A stretch of 64,000 nucleotides of DNA, from positions 124,001-188,000 of the forward strand of contig NW_026865278.1 in the NCBI RefSeq assembly GCF_026571515.1, read 5' to 3'. A program made the translations under genes and the position numbers. Below are positions 35,694 through 49,300 of this stretch, one piece after another (positions within the stretch are counted from its first letter, which is position 1; each line of letters begins with the position of its first letter). The notes under the pieces are model-generated. The model made no database searches. It saw nothing but the letters and a program-made list of their open reading frames with translations, and was not told where the DNA came from. The stretch is from Ruditapes philippinarum (Eukaryota).

Positions 35694-38600
35694 TTAAGTT
35701 TGATTCCCAGCAGCGGCAATCTCTTTATCTGTAACTTTTCTTCTCATAGAAAGACGTCTGAGAACTTTGCCTTTTCTTATTTCATTGACAATGTTATCAA
35801 CAATCTTCCTGTCTTCTGGTCCGGGTGGTTTTAAACCAGGTATTCCGTGAGCTGCCTGGCTACCTAGAAAAATAAGATAAACTAAACGTAAGTAATGTTC
35901 AATAAATAATTAACTTTCTTAAATGAAACTACAACAATAGAAACATAATTATCATCATATAAATGTATTCAAGCTTCTGACATTGTACGTACATACATCT
36001 TGAAGGATATCCGAGTGTTTGACTCTTACATTTAATTGATACACCAAATGTTATTTAAACCAACCTCGTTTCTGATGTTGAAAATTTAAAATATACCTAA
36101 ATAAAGGGTGATATATAACTTTTTACATTGATCTGCATATTCTAATTTCAGTATAAAAGTGAAAAGAAAATAGGTAAAGGTCATACTTCTGCGTCTTTCT
36201 GCTATTTCTTCTTGTGTTTTCCTCCTCTGTTCTGCCTTTTGGGCATTTATTCTCCAAGTTTCTAGGTCTTGTTCACATGTTTTAACCTTTTCACAAAAGT
36301 CTTTAAAGCACTCTAAAAATGCATCAACCTTGAAGGACTTTTCGTTTTCACAGTAATGAACTGCAAGTTTGTTAGAGAGTTTCTTCACCCGTTCAATTGC
36401 CTCCTCTGTGTCCGCAATATCGTTCTCTGCTACCTAATAATTAATTTGATATCAATAATTAATTAATTTGATATCAATACTTTACAAAACAAATACACCA
36501 ATATTGCAAAAATTAACCTTTTACAGTGTTTTATTCTGTATAATTTAAAGCGGCATTACAATTATACGGTATCAAAAAACATTTTGTCTGTCTGCTTCTT
36601 GCTTTAGCAAATCTCTTAGATTTCAGGTGTCCAGAACTCAAATGACATAGCACATTTACCAAAATCACCCGAGCAATTCATGCAATCATTATTACATATT
36701 CACACCAATGTCTTAAAATACTTAATTCTAATATTTCTAAATGTTATGCCAATGAAATGAATAAAAGGTACATACTGAAATGAAACTTGTAAATTGTTTC
36801 TTCACGTCGTCATCAGCATGTTCCAATAACCCTTTCAGCCGATTAACATTGGACTGTAAGCTCGCAAATTCTACAATCATACCATCCAAGCTGAACCTGA
36901 ATATATAGACAAATAATGAAATTTATTTATTTCAGCAAACATGCCAGATAAACAAAACCGCTTTCGAATTGTATATTTGAGTATTTTCTATTGAATGTCG
37001 CTTAAAACAACTAAACATATTAGTTTTCGTTCGATCCAAATGCAACATTCCAAACCAAAAAAAGGGCTTAAAACGTATATAAATAAAATTCGTTATATTG
37101 CAAAGTGTTTTTTTTAAGTGTCTAAAATAACTACATGCATAAATAAACTAATATTATGTTACTGATTACTAGTATTATCTCATTCTGTCACGTTACATTC
37201 TGTTATCTTTATGACTGGCCATCCGGTCTATTTGATAACACGTTCTTGTTTCCAGTAAATAAAATAATAAAATACAAACCTTGATGCCTTCTGAAGTGGT
37301 TCCAGTAGTTCGTCAACGAAACCCAATGCATCATTATTTTTCTGCTGCGCCTCTTCAACAAGATAATGTAACAAAGTCATCTTAGCGGTATTAGACTTTG
37401 TCATTAGAAGTTTATTGAGCGATCCTATACGAAAACCTATTGCTCCTCCAGAACTGCTTCCCTATAATGAACCGAACATATACAGCTTATTTTGTATATA
37501 AATATATTTTTTTTATCTTATACAATAACAATTGCTGTCAATTCAGTGTCAAAAGGGTCATTTGTTTTACAATCCAGAGTCGTCGTCGTCGTTCATCTCA
37601 TTTGCTTTATATTTTCTTTTACAAAAGATCCATAAATCTTGTTTGTGAAAGTTTATAAAATATCAAGATTGTATAAGAAGCAAATGGTTTGTACGTTATA
37701 TTATTTGTACCAACATCATTACTCGTAATATCCTCTATGTAACTAATACCGTACCTTGTTAAGGAAGTTTCCAGCGTGAAGCACAAATCTTAGAAATACT
37801 TTGAGCGAATCATTGTCCATAAGTTTTCTGCATACAGATGTAAGCACTTGGACATTTGGACGGATTGCTCCGAGCTGTGAATTAAAGTCCCCTTTAAGGA
37901 GCATCATTTCTAATCTCAATTTAAAGTCTGACAGTTTTATAAGCTGATGAAAGAATTTCTCCGCATTCCCAAGTTTGTCAACATCTCCTTCATAGCCTTG
38001 GATCATATCAATCTAAAATCAAAACGTAAAATTTACACATTACATTGCAGTAAGCCTGAACATGAACAGCAACAAATATTTGAGCAACTTCATTTTAATA
38101 AAATAGAAAAAATCAGAATCCCTAAAGAAAGCCCAACACGGCACAATTGAAAATGTTGCATGCTCGGTTTGATGGAGCCTGATTATGGACGGTACTGTCA
38201 AGTGCAAACTACAGTCCGCGCCCCCTAGCACCGGCTTAAGCAGAATTCAACATTTAAACGCATAAAATGGTGAAATTTTGAATTTAGAAACATCCGCAGA
38301 TGTGTTCATACGGCGGTTATCATGGAACCTTCAATGTGACATAGTGGTGCCATTCCATGAAAAGCGGCGTATGGTACATCATTTATATATCAAGTAACGT
38401 CTTAGCTTCGGCTTTAAACATGCTGTTTGTGCACCAGCCAATAACTTAGCTATTCGGGAAAAAAAGCCGTAACACTTTTCAAAACCGTTTAACTTCTGTT
38501 GAGAAGTAATACTTTCTCTTTTCGTTTCCGTTAAATTCATTTGGCTTTAATTTTACTATTTCTCTGAATGCAACCATTATCTCTTGTATGTCTAATATTT

Positions 38601-41600
38601 CACAATCATTATAACTTTCAAGTGTTATGAAATGTGTGATATACTATATTACGTATTATTACTGCATATCATCAGTCATGGACAAACTATTTACACTTAA
38701 ATATCGGATATTATTGGTTGATATAATAAAGCCTGTGACATTTCATGATATAATCTTAAGTAATAAGTTTCTCTTTAAAGTGGTTAACAAAACTTAAAAA
38801 GTAAAACAAATGACATTCACACTAAATTAAAGGCCCATTGTGCACCAGAAATGTTTTCATTTTTATGTCTCAAAAGCATTTTGTTTTAGGTGTACTTTTA
38901 TAGTCACCAAACGCCACTCATTGGCCAATTACCTAAACCATCATTTTCTTCTATTGCTATTTGGCAATTACTAAAGATATAGTGATTTAGTATTTTGTAT
39001 GGAAATCAAAATACTTTTTGTTACATTTTGTTTCTTTTACAACACATTCTTTCAAATTGATCGCTACTTTCTTCAGGTAACAAGCATCTAGCATGCTCTA
39101 ACACCATTATTTAAACGTTATAAAATTCAAGTATGCCCTTTCTAAAGAAGTACAAATTTATTTGTTTCTGAGACATAATGTGCCTTTGAAGGTATATATG
39201 GGAACCATATTCAAAAATTCTAAATTATGATTACATTCGCTTCTGTTTAATCTTTTTTCTATTTTCAAAGCTACTTATTATTGAAACAAGTTCAAAGTCG
39301 AATTATCTATTACTATATCGCATAGATGTAGCTAAACCAACAATAGTCTCTTATAACATAACATAGTTATACCAACAAGTTACTAATACCTTGCTTGATT
39401 TACAAATTTATTAGAAGTCAAACTGTTTTTGTAACATACCTCATCTTGTTGTGGAAGAAGTTTAACGAGACCCTTAAGCTTTTCTACACCAAGACCTCTT
39501 GCATCACCTTCTTGGATAAGTTGTATAATCACTTCAGTTGGTTTTCGGAATTGTTTCAGGAATATGTTTAAGTTCATGCTTTTCTTCGGATCCAGAAGTG
39601 TAACCTGAAGAGGCAACATAATTGTTTAATTTATCTATAACATAAATTATTTTGATAAATGTGATACATGTGGATGTAAAATGTTATGTCACGATAATAT
39701 GTTTTATGAAATTAATCATTATTACACATGAATTCAGTTGTAAAAGAAACCAATACTTTCTCCCAAAATAGCATGGTTTAATCAGCATCTCTTGTAAATG
39801 TAAGTCATATAAATTCCCTTTCTTTGTAATATTATCTTAAGGAAACAATCGTTTTGTTATATGCATCAAATAAAAGGATATCAGAACTTATTGAAGAACA
39901 TTTGCACAAGTATATAATATGTTAAAACTAACATACATACATCACATAGAAGGATATTAGAACTTATTGAAGAACATTTGCACAAGTATATATGTTGTAA
40001 TTAAAATTCTATTGAACGTTTTCATTTATAGCGTGTTAAAATAAAAACTGAAGACCCCTATTCAAATAGAATTCAACTACATGTACTTCCAGACAGTTTA
40101 GAAATACGATATATAAGTAATTAGTATCCGAAAATATTCGAATACCTCTTGACTGTGTGATGAGTTTCTCCTAGTTAAGCCTTTGTCTTCGCCTGGTGAT
40201 AGGGTAGCTTTCGTTGATGATGTTTCTTCTTTTTGAGAAAACATTTCTTCAAATTTATTGTAATCAACTTCAATAGAATCTTGCATATTTAACACCTCAT
40301 TCCAAACGCTTTCCTCTGTAAATTAAATGACAAGAAAGAAATATGAAAATAAATGCAAATATTATTTCTATTATATCCAATTAAGAGATCTTTTGATAAG
40401 AATTAGACTCTGAAGAAAACATAACTAAAATGAAAGTTATGATTAGGTGTCAAACATTTCTTCGTTTATGAATTCATAAATATAACTTTAATATGCTTAC
40501 GTTTAAAAGCATATGCCGGAATTTTGTTCCATGTTAATGTTCTCAGTTTTTTGGACGGCACTGGTGTATCGATTGGTTTAGGCCCTGGCGTATCTTCAGA
40601 CGGAGCTCCTGGTAAACTGTGGGTGAACCCGGAGGCTTCGGAGATGGTGGCGCTCCGGGTACAGCTGGTGGAGGAGGTACGCCGGGAGAAACCGGAGGTG
40701 GAGGCGGTGCACCTGGCACACATGAACCTGGTGGTTGTAAACGTATTCCCGGTATTCCTGGAACCGGTGGGGCAGGTGGCACCCCTGGTGCACCAGGAGG
40801 AGGGGGTGGAGGAGGCGGCTGAGGTACCCCCGGAAGTTTTGGCACAGGAGGTGCTGGAGGGGGAGGCGGAGGTTTGGGTGCACTCGAAGTTTCAGATGAA
40901 GTATTTTCAATATCTTCTGTTTGGCTTTGTTCGTCTCTCGTTGACTTTGCCCGTTCTCTAAATTTCTGTAAAAGTGTTTCGCCATCTATATTGTTATCGC
41001 TATTAAGAACCTCTTGTGCCAATCTTTCAACAAGAGTCCACGTGCTTTCACTGAAATAAAACAAACATTTTTAAGGAACGTTTCAAAAGATGGAAACAAT
41101 CAATGAATCAATATAATAAGATAAACTAGTGATTTTGTAATTTCATTCTCACTGTCGAGACTTGAAAAATATATTGCAGTTTATTTCCATCCTAGAAAGA
41201 AATCTAAAATATTGCAAAAGTCGAATTAAATTTTATTCAAGTATTACTATGAACAAAAGTCGAATTAAATTTTATTTAAGTATTACTATGAAGGCAAATA
41301 TAAATATAATATTGCTAGAACAGATATAAAGTTACCTATGGGTACTGTGAGATTCAATTTGTAGAAGGGAATGAAGAATTCCAAGTAGAGTGGCATTCAG
41401 TGGTGTACCTTGTACCTGTAACAAATACACGTAATAAATACACTTCAATATCACTAATAAAGTACAAAGAAAAAAGATCAAACATTCATATGTAAGTACT
41501 TCTGGAGTAAATAATAAAAATATAAGAACACAAAGGGCATTGCTTGAACATTTCACAGCACATGATTTTGTTCTCTCAATAGAATCTTTGTTGTTTGAAC

Positions 41601-44600
41601 AAAATGTTCTTATTACGTCATCAAACTAATATATCTGAATGATCAAAGACAACGGTAACGCTTCAGTAAGGCAGAGAAAGCGATTGGAGTTATGTATTTT
41701 ATCCTCTTATTTTCTGTCTGGAATATTCTATGCATACGTTTTTGTTACTGGGCTCTAAATGCATAATACGTACATTTGTTTTAATTGTAAAATTAGTGCT
41801 ACATTAATGCTATGATTTTGCATACATTAATAGTTACTTGACACAGGTCTCCGTCTATTTTGTCAGAGCTGTTTCGTATCATGATTTTTGTATAAAATTA
41901 ACCCTTAACCTGCTATATTTCTATAATGGATCTGTCCATTTTTTGAATTTGAACAGTCCATTCAAAGTTCAAGGGATTTCAATACAAAAATACAAAAACA
42001 ACAGCTGTCAACAGTATAGAGGCTGGTCAGTCTGCACAGATGTGTTCGGTTCAGTACGGAAGTGCTTGAAACAATAGTTACATGTCTTTGCTAACAGATT
42101 AGAGTCAAGCAAGACTTAATCTGTTGCTGTTTATGGCCTGATCCTTGCCATTTGCTGCTCATTTATTATGCTTTTATATTGAAATATCTTAATCGACTTA
42201 TAGACAGTTCTATAGTCAAAACTGGACAACTATTTCACACCATATAAGAAAAGTTAGGGTTAAAATATCGTGATGAATTAAAGGTAATTAAAGCCAATAC
42301 GAATCAAAAAATGAAATTACCTTTTTATGTACTGCCTGGAATACAGATTGTGGATCGTTCAGATTGACAGAGCCTGATTTTATATCCTGAAGAGCATCAA
42401 TATCAGCGTTATACTCTTCTTCAAACACGTCACATTGAACTATTAGATCGTCATCATCCTCACAGCGTAGACTGCCGATTGTATCCAATAGGTTCAGAGC
42501 TGTTTCATTATAGAACAACAACTTTAGAATGTGCTTGTGTAATAAATTATTGATATGCATCTAAGTTTATAAAATTAAAAAAAAAGTATGAAATATCTCG
42601 TAAAATTTAAAAAGTATCTAAATATCCTATTGTAAGGTCACTTCCATAATGTGAAACTTGTGCAAGCACTTTGGTCACAAATATTTTACTTTTTATTATT
42701 ATTATTATTATTATAATTATTATTACTATTATTATTACTTATATTATTATTATTATTATTATTATTATTGCCATTACTTTTTATTATGTTTAGGTAAAGA
42801 TTATGTCTTCACTCAAAGAACTCACTTTCCATGTTATTATTATCATCCTTTCCAACCACCATTTTTTCCAGATTTCGGTGAATGCATAAATTTAACACTA
42901 TATTTATATGCGACAGAATTACAAATGACAACAAATCAGACATTTTACCTTCTTATATCATCACAAACCTCTGGGGGTGTAAGAATATTTTTACCATTCA
43001 GATATTCAATCTAAACATTTAAGTCACCGCAGCAAGCTTTGTTTAGTAACTTTAGTTACAAAAATAGTAACATTTGTGGACTTGCTACTCGAGAAACGCT
43101 TGAAGAAGAGGAGTTCATTTCCGGTCAAACCGTTTGACTTACTATGAAGCTTGTAACATTTCGTGGGAAAATGGGAGGAGATTTTACGTTAATAAATTAC
43201 TGAAATATTTCATTGAGATTTGTTTGAGTAGGCCAGGAGGGCAACATGAAGTACATCTGTAGATAGATGATACTCCATCTTTTTAAAATGTCGGGTCAGT
43301 ATAAAAAGTTGTTTCACTATTTAGAAGCTGTATGTTAAACCTTTGTACTGATACTCACGTTCATAGCATAATGAAATATCTGTAACGACTGGCTGTACTT
43401 TTTCATAAAAATACCCTTTTAGATTACAGAATTTCTTTAGAATAATTACGACATACAAAAATAGAAATAGCTTATATAGACTGAATGTAATTCCCGATAC
43501 CTTCTTTAATGAAATTCGGTTTGTCATAACAGAACGAAATGATAAATTTCGAAACACGAGCTACGTTGACCAGCATTTATATCATTCTATTTTTGAATAT
43601 CAGGCTTAACTAGTCTGAAAAAGGGAAATAAATGACATTTTTAATCTATTATCAACACTACATCAGTTAAGGTCAAAGTCAGACTGCACACCTAGATGTT
43701 TTACTAGCCTCCAACTTTTGATAATCTAACAACAGAATGATCAAAACTAAAAGTAGGATGTTCCCGCCTCGTAAATTTAGAAAATCTGGGGCTAACGTAA
43801 ACGCTTAGTTTAATACATGATAAATGTAGATTTCCGTTTTTGGCATTAAAGTTTCCAACAGTTAAAAAAGATTCAAATATGGATATACACACCTAAGAAC
43901 TCGTTTCGTATTCTCACTCTATCTCTGATATTTTCGTTGGCGAAGATGACTGCGTTGATGAGAGCCATGATGGTTGTTTTATACGTGGCTAGCTCGGCTT
44001 TCCTTACTTCGTTCACCAGTAAACTCATTCTATACTGAAGCTTTTGCCAACTCTGAAAAAGCAAACAGCTTTTGTCCAAGTACAAAAATCTTAATGAGTC
44101 ATCACATTTTTATTACGATATTTCAAAATTAGTATCTGGCATAGTTGACTTATTAACATAAAGAGAAAACTAATTAATGCCGTTGTACTGTTGCATACAG
44201 AACAACAAAATATCAAGCTGTGTTATTTGATTTTACAACAAACTACCAGGTATGCATTGTATGTATGGTGCATTTCTAAAACTTAATTGTTATTGTCATT
44301 AATGTAATTTATCACATCATATATATATATACAAATTTTAAACATAAGAGATCTATCATTAATGCAATGACGACCCCGGCATTTTATTTTTCAAACGTAA
44401 ATGTCAATATTAATTTATGACGTCACACTAGCACGTGGAAATCATGGCAAAATGGTTTCTTGATAGTTACGAAAAAGAGATAACAAATCGCCGAGGGCAT
44501 TAACATCTACAGAAGCCCTCAGACTTATTAAATTCTCAAAAAAAAAAACTCAAATTTTGCCAGGTATTTTGATCAGCAAGGTGATGGAAGGCCGGCATCT

Positions 44601-46304
44601 TAGGTTTCCTATATGATATTTACGGTGTGACTTTACACTCATCACAAACAAATATTAATTTCCACGTTCAATATGCAAGCTTTAGGCCTATATATCAATC
44701 ATATACAAAATGTATAATATTTAATATACATGTCATCTGTTTCATTTTGCAAATTCAATGCAAATAAAGACGTCAATTAAATGAGCAGAATATATTTGGA
44801 TGAGTATGACAAAATTATGGTCTAAGCTAGATATCAAATATTTTGGCATATATATAATGTTACACATAAATGACTGACCTGTATCGTTAACAAACTCATG
44901 CTAATAAAATAAGTATGAACCCTACATTATGAATGTACGTCTAACTTGAAATATATGTATAGAAATATACATGTTCATTGTATATCAAATTTACCATTCA
45001 ATGTACATATTAAGTTAGACAGTCACATTAAATACATTTTAGTGGAATGTCAAGAGGTCATCGTTGTTAAATTTTTAAGTTATTACGCAGACAACTTTAT
45101 ACATGTATAAGTATGTTAAAAAAGTAAAATTTTGAAAATTTACCCTGTATCGTTCGAGTGCGTCTAGCGTCAGATAATAACCGTCTTTGGAGTATACACA
45201 AAGTGCAGACAACAGCTCAAATATCTGCATCTTCACCATGAGATTTTTAGTTTCTAATGCTGAAAGAAAGACAATATTTTGTTTATTAATTGTACAGTTT
45301 AAAGTACAGAGTTCATACTGACAGACGGGCAAGGAAGGTTGACAAACAAACGAACAGCATTTTTAAGACGCCCTCCAATTACCTAAGTGGTAAAATATAA
45401 TATCGTTAAAACTTTCTTGAATTCCAGGACATCAAAGCAAACATGCGTGGTTTGTTGTTTGTTTGATTATTGCACTCTATTCAAATACTTTCGTTCGTTC
45501 ACTATATGAGCCGTGTCACGACAAAACCAACTTAGTGCGTTTGCGACAGGCATGGATCCAGACCAGCCTGAGCATCCGCGCAGTCTGATCAGGATCCATG
45601 CTGTTCGCTATCAGTTTCTCTACTTGTGATAGGTTGGTAAGCGAACAGCATGGATCTTGATCAGACTGCGCACATGCGCAGGCTGGTCTGGATCCATGCT
45701 GGTCGCAAACCCATTATGTTGGTTTTTTCGTGACACGGCTCATATATATAATACCCAGTTAATGGTGATTTTAATTAGAATTAAATGTACATCTTTCCAT
45801 ACTTCAGTAGAATGAATTTTGTCAACGAGACTTAGTGAAGATGTCGACAGGTAAAACTATTTACACGTGCAGGTGCTAACGCGTGAAACCCTCTATGCAA
45901 AAAGAAATAAATAAATAAAAAAATAAATAAATAAATAGCATTATGAGGTTTATAGACGTAAATATGTAAGTACTTGTAGTTAGGAAAATGCAAGTATGAT
46001 TATGGTATAGGCAATACAAGAAATTAATATAACAGATTTACTTTTGAATGTATTGAAAGCGTTATTTTTAAAAAAAAAATGTGTACGCCCTTTTCGAAAA
46101 GGACAAAAAGTGCAGTTACTTGAGTATGTGAATAATAACATTGTTAGTATTAAGTAAAACAGTTAAGCAGTATTTACCACAGCGTGCAGATTTAACAACA
46201 TACGTCATAATTTTTTACACCATTCATTTGTCTTAAACTTTCTTCAAATAAGTACAAAACACTACAGCATATTGTAAGAAATCGAATGAAAAATCGTATT
46301 TAAA

Positions 46305-46335
<31 letters not shown>

Positions 46336-49300
46336 CAGACAGACAGAGACAGACAGAGACAGAGACAGAGAGAGGGAGAGAGGGGGGGGGGGTAAAGCGT
46401 ATTTATTTCATTTTATTTTACTGTATTCATTGAAGTTTCGATTACAAATTCATAGAATCTACCTATAGATCATATGATCACAAATAATTTAAAAAAATTC
46501 CTTCTAAATTTATCATACAAAAATACAAAATATACATCTTGTCATGTGTTTCATTAGATATATGCTTAAACATTTGAAATTTTGTTGTTCGGCACAGCGT
46601 GAGGAAGTATTAAATTGATCGATCATACGACTGCTTGATTTATTTCAAACATGCTGTGACTTTAAAGTTTGTATTCTAAAGGTGAATGAACTTATGTATA
46701 ATGTTCTATGGCGACTGATTTACGCCATGGTGTATTTTCACTTTTTTTTTGCAAAAAAAACAAACTCTGATGATAATAATTTAAAAAAAAACAGGAAGAG
46801 ACGATAATATTAAAGTTAAACTTTGTCGTGTTTTCGCAAAAGAAGGGCGACAATATAACGCATGAAATGTGACTTTTGCATTACATCTGTCGTTGCTCTG
46901 TTTTTGTTTTTTATTTTTTGTGGCGGAAATATCGCCCCATCGTGTTTTCGCATTTTTGGTTGTTGCACTTTCGCTTTTTTATAATGTTGCGTTGACTCGT
47001 TTTTGCATCGATACATTTTTGCATTGGCCATCGTGTGCACATGAATAAAAACAAAAGCGCTTGTGAAACGTGATAAAGTAGTTGCTTCATGTGCTTTGGC
47101 TTATTCTATATGTGATATAAATATGCAATGGCGTAAACGAAACGAGAAAAAGCAAAAAAAATAAATAAAAAAATAAATAAATAAAAAAAAAATATAAAGA
47201 AAAGAAAAAACAAAAACAATAAGAAAGCAAAAAAAAAAACGTAATGTGAAAATTTGAAAAGTGAAAACATAATATGCAAAATACTTTTAGACACGACAAA
47301 TAAAAAGCGAAAACACGACACATTTATCTGTCGTATATTTCCTTAATTTTGTCGTTCTTTTGCATTTTCTTCGCCTCGTAAATGTAAACGCACGAAAGGA
47401 CGACAAAGGCACGATTTTTCGCCTTTCGTGTTGACAGACTGGTTATGCCACAAATGCGAAAGGAGGAGTGGGAACTGACTATGTAACATACTTTGAGACT
47501 GACTGGCTTCACAAAACTCATAACTACCTAGCCTAGAGACCGGAGATTTAAATACCTTCGAAAGGCTACAGGTCGGTTATCGATCAATAAAGTAGAAACA
47601 ATTTGTACATAATACATTGTATATAATATAAAATATAATCTGAGTGTTTGTACATTTTTTTGTTTGTTTTGTTATAATTAATATTTGAATACCATCTTAA
47701 ATCTCACTCGAGAGCATTAGACACTGGCAAATCAACCATCTTTCCATAACATACGGTGTCAAACAGTGTAAAAAACACACCGTATATTTTTGTTTGAAGT
47801 TTCATGCATTATGGATGAATATTTGTCATATACAACTCAGATTTATTGTTGTATATATAAAAGTCGGTTTCCATCAGATGTTTAAAATTTACTGTACTTT
47901 AATTACACCTACGTAAACATTTTTTTTTGTAATTCATGAAGAAACCCATGCTGAGAAGGAAACAGTGCACGCATATAATGTAATATCATTTTGATTTTTC
48001 ATGACGCGCTCGATTTATCTTTTCTTAATATACAATGGCTTTATGTAATTAAAGTCGCTGCTGGTTTTATTTACAAGTTATGTTGTTTATATTTACGGCT
48101 ATACTGAAAGAAATTATCAGTGAAAGTGAAACTACATTAGTCATAGAAGTGATAAAAGAGTTAAAATTAGAAAAAAAATTGTACATTATATTATGTTTTC
48201 ATATTGCAGTTATTTTTAATGTTGACGTCATGATTATGGTAAATGATGTACAGCTTTTGTACGATTACAAAATTAATAAAGTGGGTATGTTCTGTGCCTT
48301 TTTTTATTTCATTATAATTGCATTTTGAACAAATTATACATGAAACAATATTTAAATTACTTTATGTAAATGAAACACAAGCCACCCTGAGGTAAAAAAA
48401 TAAACCCTAGAAACATGTTATTTGAAAAAAAAATAATTAAAGGTCCATTATGCCTCAGGTATGATAATGATATCATTTTTATTTCTCTTTTTTTTCTCTT
48501 TTTTTTTGGTATCTTGTAACAGTATTAAAAAATTTGCCATAAAATGAACTATCTTTGCTTCTTTTGCTTTGTTAGCAATTGGTATTAGTATTAATTAGTT
48601 TTTTGTATGGAATATACACTCTGCTTGCTTTACGACACATTACTGCACATTCAGTGCTACTTTCTTCATTTGTTAATAATCTAACATGCTCTAAATCAAG
48701 TACTAAAGCATTATCTATCACATTTTTGACATTTTTAAAGAATTTAATAAACACAATGTATGTATTTTTGAGGCATTTTGTGCCTTAAATAAAAAAAAAC
48801 ACATGCGCAAAATTAAATTAAATCGCGATTCTTTGCCACATTTGAGATAAACGCGTTAAAACGCTTTTCATTTTCATGTCATTTTGCAAATATACACGTA
48901 AAATAGATTAACCTGGTTAAAAAAAAGAGTAAACTAATGAGCGAATGATCAGAACTTTTCCACACAAGTTATTGGTATAGAGACTTACATCAAATGTAAT
49001 AAAGATACTTAAAGTCCCGTCATATCAAAAAATAAATAAATAAATAAAATAAAAAAATAACCTGAGTGGTGTCCCTTTAAAGCTGCATGCCTCCAGATGA
49101 GTAAAAAATAGTTAGATAAAATCAAACTTGAGAAATATGTAATAAGATTTTAGGTAATGTAAAATGACTCAAGATTCAACTTATATTTTACATGTTATGT
49201 GCGATTGATGACGTATTCTTCAGTATTTACAGCTATATTTCTACTAAGTTACTAACGCAGTAAAGGCTATTTATGCATATTTTGACCACTGTTTGGTAAT

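Noticed and set aside
40524-40961. Gly-rich and other plus-strand ORFs
   Set aside because: Antisense of the poly-proline FH1 exon.
42658-43014. Poly-Tyr protein
   Set aside because: Translation of a (TAT)n microsatellite in an intron.
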